DNA of 51,022 nt from Candidatus Thorarchaeota archaeon. GTDB lineage: Archaea > Asgardarchaeota > Thorarchaeia > Thorarchaeales > Thorarchaeaceae. Position numbers and translations under genes: made by a program. The stretch's first letter is position 1. Each line of letters opens with the position of its first letter. The notes under the pieces are model-generated. The model did not search any database. It saw only the letters and a list, made by a program, of their open reading frames with translations, and was not told the origin of the DNA. Shown here one piece after another: positions 36,941 to 49,019 of this stretch. The stretch lies in NCBI GenBank assembly GCA_038893995.1, contig JAWAQK010000012.1, forward strand, positions 1 to 51,022, read 5' to 3'.

Positions 36941-38101
36941 ATGGCTGGACGAGTTGCCATAGTTGGAGTAGGAATGAGCAAGTTTGGGGAGCTCTGGGAG
37001 AAGAGCCTACGTGATATCACTCTCGAGGCCGGAATGTATGCAATCTTTGACTCTGGTGTCTCAGGAAAGGACATCGATGCCATTGTAGTTGGCAACATGA
37101 GTGCAGGGAGGTTCACTGGCCAGGAACACCTCGGTGCTCTTGCTGCTGATATGGGAGGACTGGGATCGACGCCGGCCTATAGTGTGGAGGCCGCCTGTGC
37201 CAGCGGAGGTGCGGCAATACGTCAGGCCTACATGGCCATAAGGTCTGGAGAGCACGACGTGATGCTGGTGCTCGGATGCGAGAAGATGAGTGACGTAAGC
37301 CAGACAGAGGCGATGAACACTGTTAACGTCGCCAGTGACTGGGAGTGGGAGGGCCTCTTCGGAGCTACGTTTCCTGCTCTCTTTGCGATGATTGCGCGTC
37401 GTCACATGCATGAGTACGGCACGACTGACGAACAGCTCTCGAAGGTTGCTGTCAAGAACCACGCAAACGCTGTCAACAATCCGAATGCCCAGTTTAGGAG
37501 GGCCGTGTCCCTGGAGGCCGTAATGAGTTCTGGCTATGTTGCTGATCCTCTTCGTGTCCTACATTCATCGCCAATCAGTGATGGAGCTGCAGCACTTGTC
37601 ATGTGTTCTGAGGAAACTGCAAAGCGCTTCACAGACACACCCGTGTACATTGAGGCCTCTACACAGGCAAGCGACACATTGGCCCTGCACGACCGTCGCG
37701 ACATATGTACAATGGATGCGGTGGTCGTATCGTCCCGAGAGGCACTGAAGAAGGCAAAGCTCTCAATCGATGATATAGACCTGTTTGAGCTACATGACAG
37801 CTTCACAATAAGTGAGATCACCCTCTGTGAGGACATTGGCCTCTGCGAGAAGGGACAGGGCGGTAAGCTCATAGACGAGGGCATCACTGAGATAGGAGGA
37901 AAGTTCCCTGTCAATACATCAGGTGGACTGAAGGCCAGAGGTCATCCCATAGGGGCCACTGGCGTGGCGCAGGTGGTCGAACTGGTGCTTCAGCTGAGGG
38001 GTGATGCTGAGAAACGACAGGTCAGTAACGCGGAGAAGGCCATGGCCGTGAACATAGGCGGGACTGGTGGCACCTCTATCGTGCATATCCTATCGAGGTG
38101 A
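36941..38101 (+). CDS. Acetyl-CoA acetyltransferase (archaeal thiolase)
   Basis: VEAACASG, ELHDSF and NTSGGLKARGHPIGATG motifs; middle gene of the canonical HMGS-thiolase-DUF35 cluster. Confidence 0.95.
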   Translation: MAGRVAIVGVGMSKFGELWEKSLRDITLEAGMYAIFDSGVSGKDIDAIVVGNMSAGRFTGQEHLGALAADMGGLGSTPAYSVEAACASGGAAIRQAYMAIRSGEHDVMLVLGCEKMSDVSQTEAMNTVNVASDWEWEGLFGATFPALFAMIARRHMHEYGTTDEQLSKVAVKNHANAVNNPNAQFRRAVSLEAVMSSGYVADPLRVLHSSPISDGAAALVMCSEETAKRFTDTPVYIEASTQASDTLALHDRRDICTMDAVVVSSREALKKAKLSIDDIDLFELHDSFTISEITLCEDIGLCEKGQGGKLIDEGITEIGGKFPVNTSGGLKARGHPIGATGVAQVVELVLQLRGDAEKRQVSNAEKAMAVNIGGTGGTSIVHILSR

Positions 38102-38529
38102 TGAAGATGGCAGAGAAAGGAGTTGCTCAAGTCTGGCGTAAGATAAGGTCGATTTACACGCTTCTTGGAGATCGTTGTGCTACCTGCGGGAGCTACTACT
38201 TCCCACCAAGACCAGTGTGCCCAAAATGCAGGCGAAAGGGCCACCTTGAGGAGTACAAGTTCAAGGGACTTGGCACCGTGCACACCTTCACAGTCGTTCG
38301 ACAGGCCCCCGATGACTTCAAGAGGCAGGCTCCGTACGTCATTGCTCAGGTGGAGCTGGACGAGGGGCCGAGACTGACTGCCCAGATAGTGAATTGTGAG
38401 CCCGATGACGTCCACATAGGTATGCGTGTTCGTGCCTGCTTCCGCAGGATAACGGAGTACGGACCGAGTGGACTGATCGTGTATGGATACAAGTTCGAGC
38501 CGACGATGAAGGTCACCGGCCACAAGTAG
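38101..38529 (+). CDS. DUF35 Zn-ribbon/OB-fold scaffold of the thiolase-HMGS complex
   Basis: CATCGSYYFPPRPVCPKC and YGYKF motifs; TGATG overlap with the thiolase gene. Confidence 0.93.
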   Translation: MKMAEKGVAQVWRKIRSIYTLLGDRCATCGSYYFPPRPVCPKCRRKGHLEEYKFKGLGTVHTFTVVRQAPDDFKRQAPYVIAQVELDEGPRLTAQIVNCEPDDVHIGMRVRACFRRITEYGPSGLIVYGYKFEPTMKVTGHK

Positions 38530-38552
38530 ATGCGTACTGCCGCGTGTGGCCC

Positions 38553-39302
38553 TCATGGACCATCATGGTATCGGGGGCCACTCACCATGGCCGGGGGCAT
38601 CTGGCTCTCCTCCCCCAGTTCCAGACATGTCAGTGAACGAGCTGCTGGAAACGCAACGTTTCTCACAATGGTCTTTCCAATAGTGCAGCTGAGCACGGTC
38701 GAGTTGTGCACGTGACCGTGAATGACGAAATCCGGTTGCTCCTTCAGCACGACTGTGTAGAACCTTCTGCTTCCCAGCCAGGAGAAGGCACGTTCATCCT
38801 CTCCGACACATGTTTCGATGCATGGACTGTAGTGCATCAGGAGTATCTTGATGTCCACTCTATGGCTCATCTCTTGCAGCAGCGTAGAGGCCCTCTTGGC
38901 CCGTCTCACGAATACGCTCTTGATGTTTGGAAGATTCTTCTTCTGCCATTCTGTGGGTTTGTCAAGGGAACCCTGTGTGCCAACGATGCCCACTCTCTTT
39001 CCGGCCACTCTATACACACGTCCCCGGTCGTCAAGGAAGTCTATTCGTGAGCCGACCGAGGCCACTATTTCATCACGGATGCTGGAGTACTCCTCATTCC
39101 CAAAGCACGACGCCCGGGGATATCCCTTTCCCCATATGTCGTCTATAGCATCCAGTAGGCGACTGTACTCAGACACTTCCCCCTTGTTTATCATGTCACC
39201 TGCCATCAGGAGAATATCTGGTGGTTCATGCTCTCTCAGGCTAGCCACGAACCCGTCCAGATATCGGGGGGAGTGGATATCCCCTACTGCGAGTATCCTC
39301 AT
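38553..39302 (-). CDS. Calcineurin-like metallophosphoesterase
   Basis: GDIH, AGDM, GNEE, MHYSP and HGHVH metal-binding motifs; ATG 39302. Confidence 0.9.
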   Translation of the reverse strand: MRILAVGDIHSPRYLDGFVASLREHEPPDILLMAGDMINKGEVSEYSRLLDAIDDIWGKGYPRASCFGNEEYSSIRDEIVASVGSRIDFLDDRGRVYRVAGKRVGIVGTQGSLDKPTEWQKKNLPNIKSVFVRRAKRASTLLQEMSHRVDIKILLMHYSPCIETCVGEDERAFSWLGSRRFYTVVLKEQPDFVIHGHVHNSTVLSCTIGKTIVRNVAFPAARSLTCLELGEESQMPPAMVSGPRYHDGP

Positions 39303-39371
39303 CGTGCAGCGCCCTAAACTGATCATGTATCTGAGCACACATATTAATGATTATGTGGGCATCAACTCTCG

Positions 39372-40364
39372 ATGTCAGTTCCAACCATCAGCTGGGGTGT
39401 CAATCTTTTTGATCGACTCCATGCGGGCCACAAGTTGCTGCTCGAAAGATTGTCAGAGCTCCCGAGACCCACAGCCATTATACCCGCGCATGAGATGATC
39501 CCCTTGGGTCTGCATCTCGCCGCTCTGCTTCAGCCTGCGGAACTCCGTCAGAAACTGCTGCGGGCATACCTGGACCAGGAGGGGCTGAGTCACATCGCCA
39601 CGATGGTGCTTCACAGAGCTGATGATCTCGGGACGGTGAAGCAGCCTATCAACATACTCATGTTTGAGGGGGTGTGCTGCACTGAGATCAGCAATGCGGT
39701 GTTGCGCATTCGGCGTCCGATGGGGCTCAAGGACAACATCGAGCTGATGAAGCCTGTGATGGCCAGAGATGGCAGACCTCTCTCATCCGCCAGGATCAGG
39801 CGTGGCGAGATCGATCGAGAGGGTCGTCCCCTGAGGGGTACTGACGAGCCACCGCGAAGACTGCCTGAGAGTGGACGCGCCGTACTCGCAACACCCAAGG
39901 GTGAGCTATTCCACAAGCGTGACGGTAATGTCGAGAAACGGGTCGTTGCCAGACTGCAGGAGGAATCGCCCCCGAAAGTCATTGCGGTTGGCGATGTCAC
40001 TACCTCAACGCTAGTGGCACAGGGTTTTGTTCCAGACGTGTGTGTGGTTGATGGAATGACCAAGCGTGGTCGGTACGATGTGAGAGTCCCAGGTGCGCCG
40101 AAGTTCGTGGTATACAATCCTGCCGCGTCGATCTTTCCCGAGTCCTGGTCCGTGATGGATACAGCACTGCACTCCGATTCCAAGTGTGTGATCTTAGTCG
40201 AGGGAGAAGAAGACCTGTTGGGATTCCCCGCAGTCATACTTGCACCCACCGGATCAGTAATGCTCTACGGACAACCCGATGCGGGGATCGTATATGTACC
40301 CGTGAGTCCTGAGAACAAGTCCATCGCGAGGTCGCTGCTGGACTCCATGGATGTCATCACGTAG
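39372..40364 (+). CDS. Fused phosphopantetheine adenylyltransferase (CoaD) and GTP-dependent dephospho-CoA kinase (DUF359)
   Basis: N-terminal FDRLHAGH and LSSARIRRGEIDREG (archaeal CoaD); C-terminal AVGDVTT, VVDGMTKRG, VEGEEDL and YGQP (DUF359). Confidence 0.88.
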   Translation: MSVPTISWGVNLFDRLHAGHKLLLERLSELPRPTAIIPAHEMIPLGLHLAALLQPAELRQKLLRAYLDQEGLSHIATMVLHRADDLGTVKQPINILMFEGVCCTEISNAVLRIRRPMGLKDNIELMKPVMARDGRPLSSARIRRGEIDREGRPLRGTDEPPRRLPESGRAVLATPKGELFHKRDGNVEKRVVARLQEESPPKVIAVGDVTTSTLVAQGFVPDVCVVDGMTKRGRYDVRVPGAPKFVVYNPAASIFPESWSVMDTALHSDSKCVILVEGEEDLLGFPAVILAPTGSVMLYGQPDAGIVYVPVSPENKSIARSLLDSMDVIT

Positions 40365-41880
40365 GCCTCCCAGTCATGACACGGGGTATCATCTCAATAC
40401 AGTCAGTGGCCACGATGTGGTCTCCCCGTACTTCAGAGGCGGCCTCCCCGCACTTTCCAGAGACGAATGCGGCTGCACACGCGGCCTCTAGTGCACCACG
40501 ACCCCTCGTCAGTAGAGTTGCCGTAATCCCAGTCAGGACATCTCCAGTTCCCCCCACGGTCATTGCAGGCACTCCGGTCCTGTTCAGCCTAAGTGAGCCA
40601 TCAGGATGTGCAATCACATCCGTCGGCCCCTTCAGGAGAATGACAGAGTTGAACTGACGTGCAGCCTCGAGGGACGCTCTCTTCCTGTCTTCAAGGCCCG
40701 CCGGGCCATTGAGCTTGGCCTGTAGCAGGATCTGGATCTCGCCCCAGTGGGGGGTGAGCACACACCTCGTAGGATCAAGACGAATACCCGAGCCACCAAG
40801 GGCCTTCAGCGCGTCGGCATCAATGACCATCCTCTTGTTCCTATTGACGAGCTCTTGGATGCACTCCCTGACTGCCAAATAGGTCTCCTTGTCGTTTCCG
40901 AGCCCCGGACCCATTGCAACGACATCATTCGATTCGCTGAGCGTGATGATCTCCTTTACGGACTCTCTCGTCATTACGTCGGTCCCTATCTCCCTGACCA
41001 TTAGGTTGGGGCTGTACGCCCGTATCGCACCTACAATAGGTCGCGGAGCGAGGACCGTCACGAGGTCTGCCCCAGTCCTGAGTGCTGCCATTCCCGCAAG
41101 TGCCGGAGCACCTGAGTACACATTACTTCCACCAACCACAAGGACGCGTCCCGAGTCGCCCTTCTTCGAGTCTGCCCTTCTTGGTCTGTTGAATAGCCAC
41201 AGGTCGCCCGGGCCACAGACTGTGGATGCCTCATGTGGTATTCCTATTGGCACTACCACAATCTCTCCTGTGTACTGACGAGCTGTAATCAGTCCCGGCT
41301 TTGCCGCATGAAGGGTGATTGTGACATCGGCTCTGACCGCATCCCCGTACACCGTACCCGTGTCTGCATCGATCCCACTCGGAACATCGATGGCATACTT
41401 GCGACCGCTGCTCTCGTTGACTATCTTGATTGCAGTCAGCATTGGCTCTCTGACTGGATTCTTGAGTGTGAATCCCAGCATGGCATCGACAATGATGTCA
41501 GCCTGACGGATATCGGCGCACTCGAGGACCTCGCTCTCAGTGGAGAGTTGCTGCTTGTATATCTCGTGCAGGTTCTGCAGAATACGCCAGTTGGCCGCAG
41601 ACTCAGGACTGCTGATGTTCTTGCTAGAGCCGAGTAGAAACACCCTGATGGATGCCCCTGCCTCGTGTAGATATCTGGCAGTGACAAATCCATCTCCACC
41701 GTTCCCTCCGAGTCCACACAGGACCACTACTCTCTTCCCGTTGAGCTGCTCTCTCTGCTCTATGACTCGGGCAACCTCCCTGCCTGCGTTCTGCATCAGC
41801 ATTGCAAGGCTGATCCCGAGCCACTCGGTGTTCAGCTCTAGTGTTCTCATCCTATCGGTAGATACTACTTCGGGGACCAT
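40357..41880 (-). CDS. nnr: Bifunctional NAD(P)H-hydrate epimerase/dehydratase
   Basis: LMQNAG, GGNGGDG and DVPSG (YjeF_N); GRVLVVGGS, DADAL, TPHWGE and GGTGDVL (YjeF_C). Confidence 0.95.
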   Translation of the reverse strand: MVPEVVSTDRMRTLELNTEWLGISLAMLMQNAGREVARVIEQREQLNGKRVVVLCGLGGNGGDGFVTARYLHEAGASIRVFLLGSSKNISSPESAANWRILQNLHEIYKQQLSTESEVLECADIRQADIIVDAMLGFTLKNPVREPMLTAIKIVNESSGRKYAIDVPSGIDADTGTVYGDAVRADVTITLHAAKPGLITARQYTGEIVVVPIGIPHEASTVCGPGDLWLFNRPRRADSKKGDSGRVLVVGGSNVYSGAPALAGMAALRTGADLVTVLAPRPIVGAIRAYSPNLMVREIGTDVMTRESVKEIITLSESNDVVAMGPGLGNDKETYLAVRECIQELVNRNKRMVIDADALKALGGSGIRLDPTRCVLTPHWGEIQILLQAKLNGPAGLEDRKRASLEAARQFNSVILLKGPTDVIAHPDGSLRLNRTGVPAMTVGGTGDVLTGITATLLTRGRGALEAACAAAFVSGKCGEAASEVRGDHIVATDCIEMIPRVMTGRPT

Positions 41881-42058
41881 CTGGCAACCACGTCAACATC
41901 TGTCCTACCCACTAATGAAAGCTGTCCCCTCAATAGTTCAGGCGGGACTCGTGCAACAGGACCGACTGACTACGAGGTATCGAGACTGATCCGCTACAAC
42001 ATGAACAGCCGGGCTCTCCCTGTTCGACACGCGATCGCGAGATGTATCAAGAGTGAGT

Positions 42059-44330
<2,272 letters not shown>

Positions 44331-44399
44331 CTACTACTGATTACAGGTTGAACCTAGCTCGGTCCGGGGGCACTGGCGCTGACTGAAAAGCCTTTTTGT

Positions 44400-46076
44400 T
44401 TAATCTCGGCCCGCATATAGTTCCTTCATCTCTCGGACAACCAGCCCGGGCAGATCATCCACTGAGCTGATGTTGTATACTTGTCCCCCCGCACCAGCAA
44501 TGGCCTCTGATACAGTGTTTGGCTCGGGACTGATGTGGAAGAGTACGAACCAGTGACCTCTCCTTGACAGTGTGGCGACACAACTAACCAGTTCCGTCCA
44601 GTTCTCGATCTGTGCGTCTGTTATCATCAGGACTGCAAGTTTCTTGTGAACATTCTCGCTGATCGACATGATCTCTTTCACAGGTGCTACAGTGCCATCG
44701 CCCTGGTAGCTCATCAGTGTGCGTTCTATCTCTCCCCTGTTAGTTGTTGGTCTGCACGTGATGATGTTTCCTGAGAAGTTCAGGACCCCGGCTTCTTCGC
44801 CCCGACTCAGCGCAAAGTCGACGGCTGCAAATGCAGCCACCAGCGCACGATGGTAGGCTCCGCTCTCCCGACCCCCTGTGATTGTCCATTCCATCGACGA
44901 ACTCGAGTCTATCACGACCAGTAGCGATGGAAATGACTTCGTCTCAGAACACTCCTCGTGAGCGGTCCTGATCCACTTTCGTGTCGTCAGGTTCGGGAGG
45001 AGCACCGGAAACGCCTGCAGGGACTGGACCAGATCAAGTTCCTCAATCGGGTCGCCCAGCCTCCATACCTCAGTAGACAGGGGAACTGTTCCTGCGAGTC
45101 TCTTCGTCCTCATCTCAATTCGTATGAGTCCTCTGGCTCTCGCCCTGTACCAGTATCTGAGCCAGTAGGCGTCATCCTGTCCGATACCGACCTGATCGTA
45201 TACCCACTTGAGATCTCCGATGTTTCCCCCTTGCTTCACTAGTTCTTCAGCCAGTCTCTCCATCAGCCTGCTGTCATCGTTAACGTCGGTTCTCGATCGC
45301 TCCCTGATGGCGTCGATGTTTCTCGAAACCGTGAAGTCTCCCATGATAACATCTATGTCGGGTGGGATTCTCCCCTTCTCTGATGATGACCCTCCCATCA
45401 CTACGCCAAGACAGGGAGTGCGAGTGTCATCCATCCACCCGGAGATGAGTTCGGCGATTCTTCTGACTGCAGACGGCCATCTCCTCTGCTGCGACATGCT
45501 CTCACGGACGATCTCGACGATCGCTCTGGCTGTTTCACAGGTCTGGTCGTCTGCAAGCAAGTCCGATGGCACGTCTATGTCCCACATGGTGTGGCCACAG
45601 ATCACTATCAGTTTCCAGAAGAGAGAGTGGTCGGTCGTCACTCGAGAGGACTCATTCACGGATGCCTCAATTCGCTGACGGGTGAGGACGGGATAGCGTT
45701 TCATCAGGTCCGAGTCGACCACAAGGTCTTCAAACAGATTGCACACGAGCATTGCCGTTTCCCTGTCCTCCAGGACTGTCATGGCAGCGGCCAGCATCCG
45801 ACCACCTGTGACACTATCGTACGGGCAGTAGATGTAGTGCTGTATCTCGTGGTGGCATACCGACCTGAGGAATGGTCCGACCATATCGTCGGGAAGTGAC
45901 TCAGGGACTCCTGCCGTGTTGAGATGCACTCTCCATCTCGCATCGATGTAGAAATAGTTGGGAGAGGTGGGTCTGTAGACTATCCTCGGGTTTGGGATCG
46001 GCGGATTGAAGAAGTCCCGCATGGCCTGTTTCCACGCGCGAATTGCGGCCGTCTTCAGTCCCTCTTTGTCCATCAC
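44400..46076 (-). CDS. HExxH putative metallopeptidase plus C-terminal VWA domain protein
   Basis: CHHEIQHY followed by NLFEDLVVD; MIDAS motif VIDSSSSM...GDGT...ITDA. Confidence 0.85.
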   Translation of the reverse strand: MMDKEGLKTAAIRAWKQAMRDFFNPPIPNPRIVYRPTSPNYFYIDARWRVHLNTAGVPESLPDDMVGPFLRSVCHHEIQHYIYCPYDSVTGGRMLAAAMTVLEDRETAMLVCNLFEDLVVDSDLMKRYPVLTRQRIEASVNESSRVTTDHSLFWKLIVICGHTMWDIDVPSDLLADDQTCETARAIVEIVRESMSQQRRWPSAVRRIAELISGWMDDTRTPCLGVVMGGSSSEKGRIPPDIDVIMGDFTVSRNIDAIRERSRTDVNDDSRLMERLAEELVKQGGNIGDLKWVYDQVGIGQDDAYWLRYWYRARARGLIRIEMRTKRLAGTVPLSTEVWRLGDPIEELDLVQSLQAFPVLLPNLTTRKWIRTAHEECSETKSFPSLLVVIDSSSSMEWTITGGRESGAYHRALVAAFAAVDFALSRGEEAGVLNFSGNIITCRPTTNRGEIERTLMSYQGDGTVAPVKEIMSISENVHKKLAVLMITDAQIENWTELVSCVATLSRRGHWFVLFHISPEPNTVSEAIAGAGGQVYNISSVDDLPGLVVREMKELYAGRD

Positions 46077-46094
46077 TCACTGATCCCCCAGGGG

Positions 46095-47804
46095 TCATTG
46101 TCTCCCCAGATATTTCTCGATCTCATGTTTCAGGCTGGCAGTCTCCTTTCCCCCATATACTTCGAGAAACACGGGAGATGTTGGCGAGCTCCCTGTCACG
46201 TACACCGCGAGTGTGACACGCCTTGACCTCAGGACCTTCCTCCTCGGTGGGCTCAGCGTTTCCTTGAGCACGGGGGTCATCTCGGGATACATCATACTTA
46301 TGGAGGTCCAGAGTTCTTGCCACACCTCGAACGTGAGCTCATACTGCTTGAAAGTGAGTCTGTACAGCTCTCTGGACACTCTCTCTAGGAGTGCAGCCCG
46401 ATTGGGAATGTTCTGCTCCTGGTTGAGCTTCTGCCATATTGTCTCGAGTTGATCGATGTTTCCCTTCTTTATGCTTGATTCAGTTTCCTTCACGATGGCC
46501 GTATACTTTCGACGTGCCATGTCTTTGGCACTGGGGAGCCAGTCGTGTCTCACTAACAGGTCTGACCTGGCTGCATCCTGAAGTACCTCATAGTCCCGCT
46601 TACTGCCGTTTCCCATTCGAAACCTCTCCATTATGGCACTGACGGGCTCTCGTTGTGCGAACTTGGTGGCGGCCAGCTCTACGAGATGCTCCGTGAAACG
46701 ATATCTGTTTCCAAAGTACGGTGACCTGAACAGGTCGTCGCGGGAGAATTCTGTCCTGTGCCACAGGACAAGAGGCGCTATCGACTTGACTATGTCAACA
46801 GTCACCTCGTCTGCGCCAACAAGCCAGCTTGCGGCCTTACAGTATCTGTTCAAGTCCTTTGCTGCCCTGACGCTGATTGGCACGACTACCTTGTTGCATA
46901 TGCTCTTCTCAACATCATAGTGACACCCATCGCACAGTCCAGTATTGACACTGATATCTCGTACCTGACTCTTGTCGATCCTGACACAGATGTCGAATTC
47001 TCTCACAATTGCCCTCATGAACTCCGATGCCCTCTCCGAAACCGGAGTCTTGTCCGCAAGGTTCCATATCGTCAGTAGGTCTTCCTGTGAGAGTATTGAT
47101 GGCACTTGCCAGACCTCATCGTAGCCGAAGAGCCGGTCATCTTTCACAGCAAGGATCGTCCCGAGGTCTCCAAAGGTGGGCATTGTGATCGGTACAGCCA
47201 TGCCGAATCTGTCGAGAAATGGTGGAGAGAGCTCGAAAGCGCCGGGGTCCGTGGGATTCATTGTCGCGTAGAGGCAGTATTCGTTACATCTCTTGACCTC
47301 GTCGTAGTACTTCAGCTCACCCTCAGCCAGTAATGAGAGCAAGATGTTCTGAGCATGGGGCGTTAGCCTGTTGACCTCGTCGATGATCTTCCAGAACCCG
47401 GTCACAAACTTCCTCCATACGATGATCTCCTTTCCCTCTCTCATCAGAGGCCCAGGTCTGAGTGTCGCGACCATCTTCTCCTCAGTGAGTTGTGGATGAC
47501 CCCGCAGCATGCCATCCTCGATCTCCTCGATGCTACAACCGGTAAGCATGCGGCCCAACAGCTTCACCAGTGTTGTCTTTCCGCCGCCATGACCCCCGAC
47601 CAGTAGGACTGCAGACCGCGGGACCAGTGCATTGATGACACAGGCCCCTGTTATGAGCGGAAGTCGATAGACCTTGGCACGTCCGGCATCCTCATGCCCA
47701 GCCCTTATCTGCAGATACTCAGAGTGAACAAAGAGTCCGTGGCTCTCGATTGTTCTGATTGCTGACCAGACCTGTTCTCGCAAGTACTCAGGGCTCTTGA
47801 CCAA
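46095..47804 (-). CDS. MoxR-like AAA+ ATPase
   Basis: GGHGGGKT Walker A, IIDEVNR Walker B, ATMNP sensor 1, FLDRF Arg finger and SVRA sensor 2; immediately upstream of the VWA gene. Confidence 0.88.
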   Translation of the reverse strand: MVKSPEYLREQVWSAIRTIESHGLFVHSEYLQIRAGHEDAGRAKVYRLPLITGACVINALVPRSAVLLVGGHGGGKTTLVKLLGRMLTGCSIEEIEDGMLRGHPQLTEEKMVATLRPGPLMREGKEIIVWRKFVTGFWKIIDEVNRLTPHAQNILLSLLAEGELKYYDEVKRCNEYCLYATMNPTDPGAFELSPPFLDRFGMAVPITMPTFGDLGTILAVKDDRLFGYDEVWQVPSILSQEDLLTIWNLADKTPVSERASEFMRAIVREFDICVRIDKSQVRDISVNTGLCDGCHYDVEKSICNKVVVPISVRAAKDLNRYCKAASWLVGADEVTVDIVKSIAPLVLWHRTEFSRDDLFRSPYFGNRYRFTEHLVELAATKFAQREPVSAIMERFRMGNGSKRDYEVLQDAARSDLLVRHDWLPSAKDMARRKYTAIVKETESSIKKGNIDQLETIWQKLNQEQNIPNRAALLERVSRELYRLTFKQYELTFEVWQELWTSISMMYPEMTPVLKETLSPPRRKVLRSRRVTLAVYVTGSSPTSPVFLEVYGGKETASLKHEIEKYLGRQ

Positions 47805-47933
47805 CTACTCTCACGAACCCCCAGTGAACATTGATAGTCCTGTGCACGACCCGGCATCGATACATCATGAGGGGCATATCATAGAAGATGCTATCTATTA
47901 GGGTATTCTTGATGGTGTAGGACGGGATGCATC

Positions 47934-49013
47934 ATGAGCGATGACACATCTCTCCCCGAGCGTGTCCGAATACTGCGACCCGATCAGTTGCCTGCGGGTC
48001 GTCCTATTCAGCCATCGGTTGCGAGTCATGCACAGAGGTTCCTAGAGTCGATGCGACGGGCACGCGATATGAGGAGTATTCTCAAGACGACGGGGCTCTC
48101 ATTTGGTGGCCGTGTGTTGCTTGTCGGTCCCCCAAGTTCCGACTTTGAGGGATTTGCGTATCACCTGGCCATTGAGACCCCGATGACGTTGGCTCAAGTG
48201 CGTCTTGGCGTTGATCTCACTGATTCCCGTCTGGTACTCCAATTGATCACTCTGGCGATCGAGACCGCACGACGCAACTCCCCTGCTGTCCTATTTCTCC
48301 CCAGCCTGGACCTAATTCTATCGCTCTCCCCTTCTACCTCTGCGGCGATGACGGCGGACCTTCTGTCATGCTCGTGGGACGATGACGACGTTGTGATCGT
48401 CACCTGCACCTCTCGGCCGAGCAGCATACCTTCAGATACACTTGCAGCCTTCGACAGGTCAATAGTGCTTGAGCGTCCACAACTGTCTGAGAGACAGTCA
48501 ATCATGAGCCAGTTCTTGAAATCAAGACCAAATATTGATGTTGCAGTCGTTGCGGATCTGACAGACGGATGGGGGTACACAGACTTGAAACGCCTTGCGG
48601 CCGTACTGCTCATTGACTTACCTGACGATGACTCTGTCAAGTCTCGTGAGCGTATCGAAGAGATGATAGTGAAGAGCACTGTGAGACCGCTGGACCGACC
48701 CGAAGTAGTCCGTGAGATTGAAGCACAGACAATTGGTGGTGCAAGTTCAGACATGTCCTCTATCGAGGTGGAGTACCCAGACGACTTCCTGAGTCAGCTA
48801 TACCTGATGGCGGTTTCGGAGGACTATGTTGGAACGCTGAGAGTGGTAGAACAACTCAACTCGAGAGCACCGCTTGGTCCCGCCGAGATGTCATTTCTGT
48901 CCAGGTACCCCTTTCTGCTAGTGGGGAGACCCGAAGAGAGGATGGCACGCCTGATGACTGCCAAGAAGACCAGGGACCGGATCACCCGAGTGCTTGGAAG
49001 ATATCGAGGCTGA
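47934..49013 (+). CDS. Degenerate (pseudo-) classical AAA+ ATPase
   Basis: VLLVGPPSSDFE, ARRNSPAVLFLPSLD, TSRPSSIPSDTLAAFDRSI and TDGWGYTDL track the Cdc48/FtsH/Vps4 AAA module with the catalytic residues replaced. Confidence 0.75.
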   Translation: MSDDTSLPERVRILRPDQLPAGRPIQPSVASHAQRFLESMRRARDMRSILKTTGLSFGGRVLLVGPPSSDFEGFAYHLAIETPMTLAQVRLGVDLTDSRLVLQLITLAIETARRNSPAVLFLPSLDLILSLSPSTSAAMTADLLSCSWDDDDVVIVTCTSRPSSIPSDTLAAFDRSIVLERPQLSERQSIMSQFLKSRPNIDVAVVADLTDGWGYTDLKRLAAVLLIDLPDDDSVKSRERIEEMIVKSTVRPLDRPEVVREIEAQTIGGASSDMSSIEVEYPDDFLSQLYLMAVSEDYVGTLRVVEQLNSRAPLGPAEMSFLSRYPFLLVGRPEERMARLMTAKKTRDRITRVLGRYRG

Positions 49014-49019
49014 TCGAGA

